A model generated the notes under the pieces. The model saw only the letters and a list, made by a program, of their open reading frames with translations. It had not been told where the DNA came from and did not search any database. Below, piece after piece: positions 9,201-21,200 of a DNA stretch of 34,611 nucleotides; positions within the stretch are counted from its first letter, which is position 1; every line of letters begins with the position of its first letter. Origin of the DNA: an uncultured Clostridium sp. Lineage in GTDB: Bacteria; Bacillota; Clostridia; Christensenellales; CAG-138. The position numbers were made by a program, and so were the translations under genes. The stretch is from contig CAZJYV010000001.1 of NCBI GenBank assembly GCA_964550295.1, forward strand, positions 1 to 34,611, read 5' to 3'.

Positions 9201-12200
9201 CCGATGCCGATGTGACCGTGACCTGCGCTTTCGAGGCGGGAACGGACACCACCACGAATAACAACACCCCTTCGGGCAATCAGCTCACCGGCGCGCTTGC
9301 GGTAGCGGTCGTTATCAACAATAACAAAGCCTTCATCGATACGACCGGCGCAGTCGGCGCGGCGGGACAGGTCAACGTGACAACCGTCGGCGTGACCCAG
9401 TCCACCGTCGGCGCGGACGGTTCCCCCGCGGCGAAGGAAATTACCGCCGATACCGCGGCGGGCGAATCGCTGCGCGACCCGCAATCCTCGACCACCTTCG
9501 GGCAGGAGAAGGGGCATCTCACCGTTAAGCCGACGGTCAACGGCTCCATCCAGCTTCTCTCCAACAACGATGTTCAAATCGGCGACACCGTCGCCTTCCT
9601 GGTTGTACCTGCCGAGGGCAGCAAACTCAAGGAAGGCTCCGTTCAATACGTCGTTACCTATAAAGATGATACCGGCACGCACACCGCGACGCTCACGCCC
9701 ACCAAGGACGGTTCCGTTGCGAACAAATACTATTTTGTGATCGAGCATCCCGCGGGCGGCGTACTTGACGCAGCCTGCACGTTTGTGCTTTCGGCCGAGT
9801 TCGAGGCTGATCCGCACGCGATCACCGTCAACATCACAGGCGGCGGCACCGCCACGGCCGGCGCAGCTTCCGCCAAGGCGGGGGATGAAATCACCCTCAC
9901 CCTCACCCCGAACGAAGGATGCGGCGTTAAGACCGTGAAGGTAAACGGCGTTGCCGTTACTGCTGCGGATGGTGTTTACAAATTTAAGATGACCGCGACG
10001 GACGCTGTTGTGGATGTGGTATTCGGTGACAAGGAATATGCCGTCGTTCTTCACGAGGATTCCGCGGCAGTTTCATCTTATATTAAAATATCCAACTCCA
10101 AGGCGGATATCGGGGACAGGATCGCCGTCACGCTGACAGATGAGGCAGTCGCCCTCGGCAAGAAGATCGCCTCCGTGAGCGTGGAGTTCTATAATTTCGG
10201 CGGTGCGCTCCAGGCGAGCATCCAGGTGACGGTTGACGCGGACAACACCTTTGTCATTCCCGACAGCGTGGACGGTTATGTCAGCAACGAGCTCGGCACG
10301 GCGACATTCAAGGTTAAGGTGACGCTTTCCGACAAAACATACGCACTCACAACCGAGGTTCTGCCCGCTTCCGGCACCGCGACGCCCGCGCCTTCCGGCA
10401 CGATCAGCGCGCCTGCCAAGGTCGACAGCCTCGAACAGATCTCCGTGACCATCACGCCCAACGCGGGCTGCAAGCTCGTTCCCGGTTCGGTGAAAGTCAT
10501 CACCACGAACGGCGTGCAGAATACGACGGTGACGATCGTCATCGATACCCTCACCTTCGACGGAACGAAGTATACCTTCACCTATAAGCTGCCGATTCTG
10601 AGCGCCGCAGGGACCGAGACCAGCACCGTCAAAATTCAGGCGCAGTTCCAGCGGGGCACGGAAACCACAACCAAGAAGGATACCGTCAGCCTCGGCGTGG
10701 GCATCGCCGTGGGCGTTACGCTCCATAAAAGCGAGGCATATGTTCAGAACGCGGACATCACCGCCTCCGGCCTGAATATTGCCGCCACCAGCGGCAGCAG
10801 GGATGAGCGCGTCATTTCCTCCGTCACCGCTAAGGCAGGCGTCGCGGCGGGCACAATCGGCATCGGCGGTGCTGTTGCGGTCAACGTCGCCTCCGCAAAG
10901 ACCCATGCGCTCCTTTACAACACAGCGACCGTTCGCCTTACGGGCGGCGGCACGATGTCGATGGAGGCATCCTCTTTCGAACGCTTCACCACCATAGGCG
11001 ATGCGGCGAACAACACGGGTTCCTCCACGAGCGTCGGCATCGGTGCCGGCATCGCGGTGGGCGTGTACGGCGTTGAAGTATACGGTGCGGTTGAGGATGC
11101 AACGGATATCGCGCAGGCGCAGGGCGCGGCGGATATCCAAAGCATCACCATCGGAGCGGAGCATGACCTTGCGGAATCCATGCTGGCCAAGGCCGGATCC
11201 GCCGGCGGAACCAGCATCACGCCCGTGCTTGCGGTGCTGATTTCCGGCGCGGATGTGCAGGCGTATCTGGGCAAAGCGCCCACAGGCGCAAACGGTACGC
11301 TGAGCGTCGCGTCCGACATCACCATCAAAGCGGCAAGCAGCATCAACCGCGAAATGGCGGCCAACGCCGCCGCGGCAGGTTCGTCCGTGGGATTCGGGGG
11401 CGCGTTTGCCATCAGCGTTTTGAATGATTCCGCTATCGCGCGCCTCTCCCGCAACGTTCATGTGAAAAACGGCAACATCAGCGTAATCGCGCGCAGCCGC
11501 AACAACTTAAAATCCACCTCCCGCGCGGGCGCGAACGGCGCGCCTGCATCCGGCGGTTCCACCGCGGCGGATGGGTCCGGCGATTCCTCCGCGGGAGGGT
11601 CGTCTTCCTCCGGCTCAACCGGCGACGGGTCAGGGTCATCCGACGCACAAGCGGATAAAGCCCTCACTTCCGGGGGCAAGCTCGCCAATCTGACGGGCAC
11701 GAACAACACAAGTTCAAACACGCTTGGCAAACAGAATTATAACAGACAGCCGTCGCAAACCAGCGAGGGCAGCGTCAGCATAGCCGCAGGCTTCGCGCTC
11801 AACATCATGCGCAACGACTGCCGCGCCTATCTGGATGACGGCATAACGGTCGAAGCGCACGGCACGGATGAAATCGATTCCTCCGGAAACACCGTGAGGA
11901 AGGGCGAAGTCAATGTACAAAGCTTCAGCCTGGTCGGCGCGCAGATCGCGGCCAACGCTTCCGCCACGAAGAGCAAGATCGGCGTGGGCGTGGCGGTTGC
12001 CATCAACATCGTAACCTATCAAAACAGCGCTTATGTCGGCAATAGCCTCGTGAACTGTAACTACATCAACGTAACCGCCCTCATGGAGGAAAAGGTCAAG
12101 ACCACCAAGGTTACGCCGACCGCCGCCGTGACGGATGCGAACATCCTCGTCACCCTCGTCAAAAACGCGATTTCCGGCTTCCTCACCGATTTGGAGGAGG

Positions 12201-15200
12201 AGCTTGGCCTCTCGCAGTACTTTGACGCAAACGGCGTGGATGAAAAATATACCCTTTCCGGCATCATAGAAACGATCATCAGCTCCGTGCTCGGCAAAGG
12301 TCTCAACGCGCTGCTGGCAGGAACCGGCCTTGAAAAACTCCTCAGCTCCGACATCGCCGAAAAGCTGCAGAGCGTCAAGGACAGCATTTTCAACATCTTC
12401 ACGAGCGACGAGGCGACGGCAGAGGCGCTGACCCGCCTGAAAACCATCGCGATTCAAGATCTGATCTCGCTTGTGGCGGGCATGGTCACGCAGATGGCGC
12501 AGCAGGGCAACGCGCAGCAACAGCAGGGCGCGGATGCGGATGCTGCAAAACAGCAGCAGAACAATCAGTCCGTTAAGGATAAGATCATCACCACAATCAA
12601 AGAGAAGATCACCTTCTCCAACCTTTCCGCGGCGGCGCAGGTAGAGGGCGCGAAGTTCCTCACAACCCTTGCGGATCAGCTTGTGGGCAGCTTCGGCGGC
12701 GATCTGATCGATGTGAACGCGCTGACCAACTACCTGAAAACCAACCTGTCCGCGCATCTGATGACAAGCCTCAAGAGCGCGCTTTCCACGGCCGGTGTGG
12801 CATTGACCACCGCCGCGCTCGATACGCTCACCTATTATATGGGTACCAAGCTCGAGGGCGATACCCGTCCGACCAATACCTTCAAAACGGAGGCAGTCGC
12901 GGGCGCAGGCGCGGGCAGCGTCGGCGTCGCGGGCAGCGTTGCGCTCTCGGTCATCACCGGCAGCACCAAAGCGTATATCGCGGATTACAACGCCGCGCTT
13001 GCTCCGTCCGCAGGCACGGGGATCATCGCCGCCAAGATGACGACGATCAAGGCATACGCCCTGCAGAATGAATACACCGTCGCCTCCGGCGCGGTGGGCG
13101 GCAAGGGTACTGCTGATGCAAACCTGGGCGCGGGTACGAGCACCACAAACGACACCGCGGCACAGAACAATACCACGAACGAAACCACCCCCGATCCGGA
13201 CGGCGGCGAGGGAGAAACGCCGACCGCGGGCGGCGAGCAGACCAACGGCAAGCTCCGCGTTGTGACGTCAACCGGCGGCACCGCGACCGCGTACGGCTAC
13301 CAGAGTAAGGACGACGGCCAATGTACGGTTGAAGTCACCTGCGATCCCGGCTATGTTGTGGATGAAATCACCGCAACCATCACTACAGGCGCGGGCGTCG
13401 CGCCGACGGTATGGGCCACCACTGCCAACCGCGAATACAAGTTTTCGATGGGTGGCCTCGTTTCCGGGAACGCGGGCGGCGACCTCGTGATCACCATCAA
13501 CGTCACCTTCAAAAAAACGCAAAGCGATCCGTACACGGTCACCGTGGGCGCAACGACCAACGGAACCGTCAAGGTTCACAGCGACACGAACGAAACGGAC
13601 GCCGCCTCAACCACAGCCAAGGAAAGCGAGAAGGTCTATGTCGTCATCAGCCCGAGCGCGGGCTATACGCTCGACACCCTGACCTATACGTATAAGGGAC
13701 AAACGAAGAAGATCGTCAGCCAGGAGTCTTCCGCGACGAAGACGACCTTCATCTTCCTCATGCCCAACGCGGACGCGACGGTGAACGCCACCTTCAAGGC
13801 GGTTGATCCGAACGCGCCGGTCAACACGCAGAACACGAACAGCAGCGGCAAGAGCGTAGGCGTCGGCGCGGCGTTCGCGCTGACCGTCAGCGTGTTTACA
13901 GTTGAAGCTTCCATCGGGGCAAACCGCACCGTCACATCCGGAGGCATCGAACTGGGCGCGGACGGTGAAAAGAAAAACACCACATCGAGCGTCGCCGGCA
14001 GCGATCCGCTCGCCAACGCGTCCGACGGCACGTCGAAGGATATTTCCCTCGACGCATCCGCCGCAGTCGCTATCCAGACAACTTCCATCACCGCCACCGT
14101 CAAGAGCGGCGCTGTGATCACGGCAAACGGCGGCAATACCGTCACCGTGACGGAAGCCGTCAAGGATGCCGAAGGAAACGTTACAGCCCCCGCTGTTTTG
14201 GCCGGGTTTTACATGCACGCCAAAGAGATTGCGACGACCATCGTCAAGGCAAGCAGCTTTGCAGTCGGCGCAGAAACCGCCGTGGGCGCAGCGGTTGCGG
14301 TCAACATCGCAATATCCGATGTGGCCGCGCGCTTCCTCGGTACGGGCGCTGTGAGCGGAAAGGCAAGGCTTGAGGCAACCTCTCTTTCAAAGGATGACAG
14401 CCACGCGCTCGCAACGGCTATGGGCGCGGATATGCAGCGCTATACCGACAAGTTTGCCAAGGGTCAGGAACAGGCGGAAAATTTCGCCAACAACATGAGC
14501 TCCGGCAAATATTTCGATAACACGGGCAGCACCGCCAACACGAACAACGGCACGGCGGGCAAGGTCAACAGCAGCCTCAACAACAATGCAAACAACGAGC
14601 AGGGCGGCTCTCAGCCGCAGGCGAGCAACGACCTGCCGCTTTCCACCAACGCGCTGCGCGCCCAAAACGCAAGCACGGAGGATCAGGCGCAGACGAATTC
14701 CACCACCACAACAGGCACGACGACTGCAAACAACAACACCGGTTCCACCACCAATCCGGACACGAATACAAGCAACCCCACGGGCGTCACCACAACGCAG
14801 ACCCAAACCAACAAGCAGAGTGTGCAGATTGCTGCGGCGGTTGCGGTCAACGTCACCGTACACGCGATTGAAGCCATGCTTGCGGGAGCCCTCACCGCTT
14901 CCGAATTTGAGATTGAAGCCGAAAACAACGGCAATTTCCGGACGATCGCCTCGGGCGCGGCGATGAGCCTTGCGCAGAACAGCAACGCTGTTGCGGCGGC
15001 GGTCGCCGTCAGCGTGAACCGCAACGAAGCGCTCGCCTCGATTGCGGACGGTTCAACCGTCACCATGACGCGCGATTCATCCGGCAGCGGTGCTGTTACG
15101 GTTGCGGCTACATTGACCGCCAACCTCAACGACGCATACCGGGGATACCTCGGCGCGCAGGCCATCGCGGGCGCGGTGAGCGGCAGCGGCGGCAAGGTTT

Positions 15201-18200
15201 CCTTCGGCGGCGCGCTGGCGGTGATCGTTTCCCGCGCAGTTACCTCCGCGACAATCGGCAAAAACGTGCATCTCTACAACGGCGGCAGCGTCGTGATTTC
15301 CGCAGTGGATAAAACCAAACTCGCGCTTCGCGCGGGCGGTGTGTCCGTGTCCAAGGGCGGCAGCGCGGTCGGCGTGGGCGCAAGCTTCGCCGTGATTTAC
15401 GCGCACAACGAAATTACGGCCGCCATCGGCGACAACAGCGATCTGCACGTCGGCAGCCTTAAGCTCATCGCAGAAAAACAGCGCCTTGACATGTCGGACT
15501 ATGAGAATGCGGCCGGCTTCGACAGGCTCCTTACCGATACCTCCAACCTTTCCGCCGCCGAGCGCGAGCAGGCCAATACCGGCATCATCAGCGTGTACCG
15601 CGAAAAGGATGCCGCCACCGGTAAACTGAGTGATTCCTACAAGGTCGAGGTCAACATCACGACCGAAAAAATCATCGGCGCGCTCGATCTGCTCAACTTC
15701 CTCTCCGCATGCAACTATTACGCGGAGGCGATTTCTGGCAGCATCGTCGCCGGCGCGGGGCAGGACGCGAAGGCATCCGTCGCAGGGTCGCTCGCGATGA
15801 TCTTCTTCTTCAACACGATCAATGCCCTCATCGGCAGCAGCGTGAACATCGTGTCCGAGGGCGATGTGGCGGTCGAAGCCTCCAACGACGCAACGGTGCG
15901 CATCATCGCAGGCTCCCTCACGGTATCTCCCGCCAAGGTCGGCGTGGGTGCGACTGTGGGCTTCATCCTCAATTCCGATACGGTAACCGCGCGCGTAGGC
16001 GAAAGTTCCGCGATCAGCGCGGGCGGCGCGTACAAGCAAGATGCTTCCGGCAAAGCAAACGTTCAGGTCTATACGATCGCGGCATCCATCAGCGCGGGTG
16101 CAAACGAAAGCACTGCGACCGTGGGCGGCACGGTGAACGCCATCGCCGCGAAAAACGCGGTGCTCAGCGAAATCGCTCAAGATGTCGTCGTCGACGCCGC
16201 AAGCGTTGCGGTCATCTCTTCCCTGGCGATGGAAATGATGCTCATCTCCCTCTCGATCTCCGCAGGCAACAGTAAGGTCGCCGTCGGCGGCACGGTTGCG
16301 GTGATCGTCGATCAGAGCAGCGCAAAAACCAAAATCGGAGAGGATGTTACGCTCATCGCCCAAACGGGCGCCGGGGTGTCCAACACGCTTGTCAGCGCGC
16401 TGGCTTCCGCTTCCGGCGCACCGCAGGGTGTAACGGTTGCGGGCGTTCTGAGCGTACTTGTCGCACTCTTTAAATCCAACGTAGAAATTGCGGACGGCGC
16501 ATATATTGAAGCGAAGCTGGGGAACGTCCGGGTCGCGAGCACGGCGAAGAGCTTCATGGTCATCGTCGGCCTTGCGGCGACGGGTTCCGCTGCGGGTTCT
16601 GCGGCTGTCGGCGCGACGATCAGCGTCAACGTGTTCCAGCACGAGTCCAAAGTGGCGATCGGCACGGTCGTCATGAAGGCCGGCGGCGACATTACGGTAT
16701 TCGCCACAGGTGAGGATCTTACGATCCTCGTGAACATGGCACTTGCCGCCGCGGGTTCCGGCAGCGCCATCGCAGGCACGCTTCCCGTGGTTGTGAGCGA
16801 TACGGAAATCGAAGCCTCCATCGGGGACAATTCCAAAATCAGCGCGATGGGCAGCATCGCCGTCGCGGCGGATCTTACGAGCAAAACGATCGATGTCGCG
16901 GGCGGTCTAGCCGCAGGCGGCGGCAGCGCGGGCGTGGGCGCAACCCTCTCCACCGCGGTCTATATGAGCAAAATCACGGCGCGCGTGGGCAGCGGCGTTA
17001 CGATCTACGCAGGTGCGGCGGGCCTCGGCGTGCTTACTCCGAACCGCAGCGAAAAACGGCGCGGCATTCTCGTGAGCGCAACCGGCAACGAACTGCTTAT
17101 CCTCGTTGCAATTTCAGCAGGCGCGGCGGGTACGGCCGGCGTCGCAGGCGTAATCAACACGCTGGTCGCTAAAAACGATGTTTCGGCTACGGTCGGCAGC
17201 GGCAGCAGCCTCTTTGCAGGCTACCGCGAAGGCGAAACCGAAGGCGCCCCGGTTGCTACGGGCCATGAAGGACAAATCACCGTTGAGGCGGATGACGAAA
17301 CTGCGATAGCCAACTGCGCGGGCGCGCTTGGCGCGGGCGGAACCGCCGGCGTCGGTGCGACGGTCGTGGTGCTCGTGTTCTGCAAGACCGTCACTGCGGA
17401 TCTTTCCTCCGCGGCGATCGTGCGCGCGAGCGGAAACGTCAATGTCACGGCAAACGCAAAGGATGATCTCTGGCTGCTTGCCCTCGCCTTTGGCGCGGCA
17501 GGTACGGCGGGCGTTGCGGGCGGCGTGAACGCGCTGGTGTTCACAAACAAGGTCAACGCTCTGCTCGGCGGCACCATCGACGCGGGCGGGGATGTTGCCA
17601 TCAAGGCTTCGTCGGACAGCGGATTGTACAATGTGGCGGCAGGGCTCGCCTTCGGCGGAACGGCCGGGGTTACTGCGGTTGCGGTCGTCACCTATTTCTA
17701 TAATGAAACGATTGCCCGCATCACGGACAACACCCACCTCCAGGCAGGCGGCGCGGTGAGCGTACGCGCGGAGTCGGATGAATTTGTCACGGCGGATGCC
17801 GCAGGCGTGAGCGGCGGCGGAACGGCGGGTGTGGGCGGCACGCTCGATATCATCATCACCAAGGTCGTCACCAAGGCATATACCGGCAGCAACGTGCGTG
17901 TCACATGCGGCGGCGCGCTGAGCGTGACGGCCATCGACACATACAGCCTGATCGCAGCGGTCGTGACCGTTGCGGTTTCCGGCACGGCGGCGGTCGGTGT
18001 TACGGTGCTTGTGAGCCTTTCCTTCAACACCATCAATGCCGAAATCGGCCTGAACAACATCATCACGGCGGGTTCCGTCACAGTACAGGCTTCCTCCAAC
18101 CGCGATATCCTCACCGTCGTCGCTACGGCGGCAGGGTCCGGCGTCGCGGGCGTGGGCGTCAGTTTGAGCGTGGTGGTCGCCGGCAGCAAGATCAGCCAGG

Positions 18201-21200
18201 ATGCGCACGACGGCATCTATGCGGGCGGCTCCTCCATGGATCCGCAGGCGCAGACGGACGGTGCGTTCTCCGCGGGTAACGCCGCAGCGCTCGAGGGGCA
18301 GAAGCCCGGGGATGACCTTGGCGACATGCTCGAGGGCGACGGCCAAAACGTCGGCAACGAAGATTACAATTCCTACGGACAGGATACGTCCGGGCAGTAT
18401 TATGTGCGGCCCGGTTCCGGCGAAGATACAACCGCTTCCGGCGTCCTGCGCGGAACGGACGGCTTCTATTATCGTCCCGAGCGCAGCGAAGACGAGCTGA
18501 CTAAGCGCTACACCTTCACGAAGGACGGCGCGGGCGGCAACGTGTTTACCAAAGCAGTGTTCTACGTGGTCAGCGGCGCGGATGCCGAGGGCAACCCCGT
18601 CTATGAGCAGCTCAACGAGGATGCGGCTTCCTCCATCAGCGGCGACCTTTACGCAAGGAAGATGGTCGACGGCGCATACGAATACCATAAGGTCGATAAG
18701 AACACCCGCAGCGAAGGCAGTGACGCGGGTATGAACGATGAAACATACGATCAAACCGCCGAGGGCATGCAGTACGCGGGCGGTAAGATCACGGGGCTGA
18801 CGGATACGACCTCCGCCGTGATCAACGGCGGCTCTAGCGTCCTGACGACGGCGGGCAACATCGATGTACTCGCCAACGACACCATCAACGCGAACATGAT
18901 CGCCGGCACCATTGCAATCGGCATCGGCGGCGCGGGCGTGGGCGTCGGCCTGTCCGTTGCGGTGCTGATGAGCAACGTCAACGCCATCGTGGCGGATGAC
19001 GCGACGCTGTCCGCTCAAGGGAACATCAACATCATCGCCTCCTCCGGTTCGCTGGCAAAACCCATCGAGCAGCTGACTTCCGGCAGCAACGGCGCGGACG
19101 GCAGCCCCAACGCGGTGGGTACGCAGGGCGCAAACGACATGGCCAAGGATCAGACCGGCAACGACGGCACCGCCGCGACCATTCGGCTGATCTCGGTCAC
19201 GGGCGCGGGCGGCTTCGTGGGCGTGGGCGTCAGCGCGGCGGTCCTGATGGTTTTCTCCAATGTGCAGGCGAAGCTCCTGGGCGATGTGACGAGGGCGGAT
19301 GCCGTCACCGTTTCCGGCAAAATGAACTTTGGCGAGGTGCTCACCGTCACCATCGGCGTCGCAGGCGGCGCGGTTGCGGTCAACGTATCCGCGGGCGTCG
19401 CATACTTTGGCGGCACGATTGAAACCGCCATCGGCGGCAACGCGAAGATCGGCGGCGTGAGCGGAACGATCAAGGTCGAAACAACGGGTGTTGCCAACAC
19501 GATTTCCGCCGCTGCGGGCATCGCGGGCGGTGCGGTTGCGGTCAACGCGGGCATCGCGCTCGCCATCAGCCGCACGAAGATCCACACATACGTTGGGCGC
19601 GGCGTTACCGTGAACATTCCGGGCAGCGTGGAAGTTTACACCGGCTTTACCTCCAACTGCACGGCCATGATTTTAAGCATCGCGGGCGGTGCGGTTGCAG
19701 TCGGCGCAACGGCGGCAATCGCCATCAACAACACGCAGGCATATACCTATATCGGCATCACGCCCTCGGGAGACGTGGCGCAAGGCTCCTCCCTCACGGG
19801 CGGCAAGGTGACAGCATCCGGCGTTCAAGTCGCATCAACCCTCGCAGGCAACACCTATGTGGCCGGCGTGGGCATCGCGGGCGGCGCGGTCGCCGTGAAC
19901 GCAACGGTGGCGCTCGGCTTCAACCGGGTGAAGAACATCACGGCCATCAACGGCGCAGGAATTGAAACAGCGGGAAATATCGAGCTTTCGGGCGGACTTT
20001 CCGGCAACACGACGGTCGTAACAACCTCCATCGCGGGCGGCGCGGTCGCGGTGGGCGCAACGGTTGCCCTCGCGCAGATTAAAAGCGAGAACCGCGTCTT
20101 CATCGATAGCACGGGCGTTACCGTCAAGGCGGCAAACATCGCCGTCAAGGCGGGCGACATCGGCGCGATCAACGCCTCCGAAGCAAGCGTTGCCATCGTT
20201 GCCGGAACCGCCGGCGCAATCGCTGTGGCGCTCAACTTTGCAATCGCGCTTAACCAGGCGAAAAACAGCGCCGAGATCATCGGCACACGCGGCAGCGAAG
20301 CTTCCGGCGTTTACAACCTCGACGCGTCCGGTCTTATAGAGATCGGCGCCAAGGGCGAGGCGCACGCATTTGCCATCGCGGCAAACGCCAGCGCAGGACT
20401 TGTGGCGGCAAGCGCCTCCTTCGCGCTCGCCATCATCCAAAGCACCCAGCAGGCCTTGCTGACCGGCACGTCAAAGATCAGGGCGGCGCGGCTTTCCGTC
20501 TGGAGCATCCACAATACGGAAACCTTCGTTCCCAAGGTGTTCAGCCTCTTTAGCGGTTATGACAGAAACAGCAGCGGCGAATATATCGACGAAAACGGCA
20601 GCGTCATTCAGGAGAGCGACGCGGACTTTGAACAAAAACGCGTTGAAAAAAGCACAAGCTTCACGGCGACGGGTGCTGCCACAGCGCTCATCATCAGTGC
20701 AGCCGCCGGGTATTATACGATCACCGCCAACAGCGTCATCGCCGTTGCGGACGCGACGAGTCGCGCGAAGGTCAGCGTTTCCGACCTGACCGTTACGGGC
20801 GCGGGCGGCGCAAGCGTCGCCAATACGGCGGATTCTTCCGCCATCGCCAAAACCCTCAACCTTTCCTTCGGCGGCTTCAGCGTGGGCGTGATGACGGGCG
20901 TCGCATATGCTTCCGGCACGTTTGAGGCGATTTTTGAGAGCAACGGCACGGTTGAACTCGCCTCCGCGCCTCTTACGGTCACCAACCTCTACGCATCCTC
21001 CGCGATCACAGAAATCCTCACGGCCAGCGCGGGTATTTTGCTCAATGTTGGCATCAACACGGCCAACGCCGTTGCCAACTCCATCGCCAACACAGGCCTT
21101 TCCGGCACGGGCAGCATCCGGGCGGGAGCGATTGAGATCCGCGCGGACGGCACCGCCACGGCAAGCGCCGGGGTGAGCGCGCCTGCCTTGCTCAAGAATG

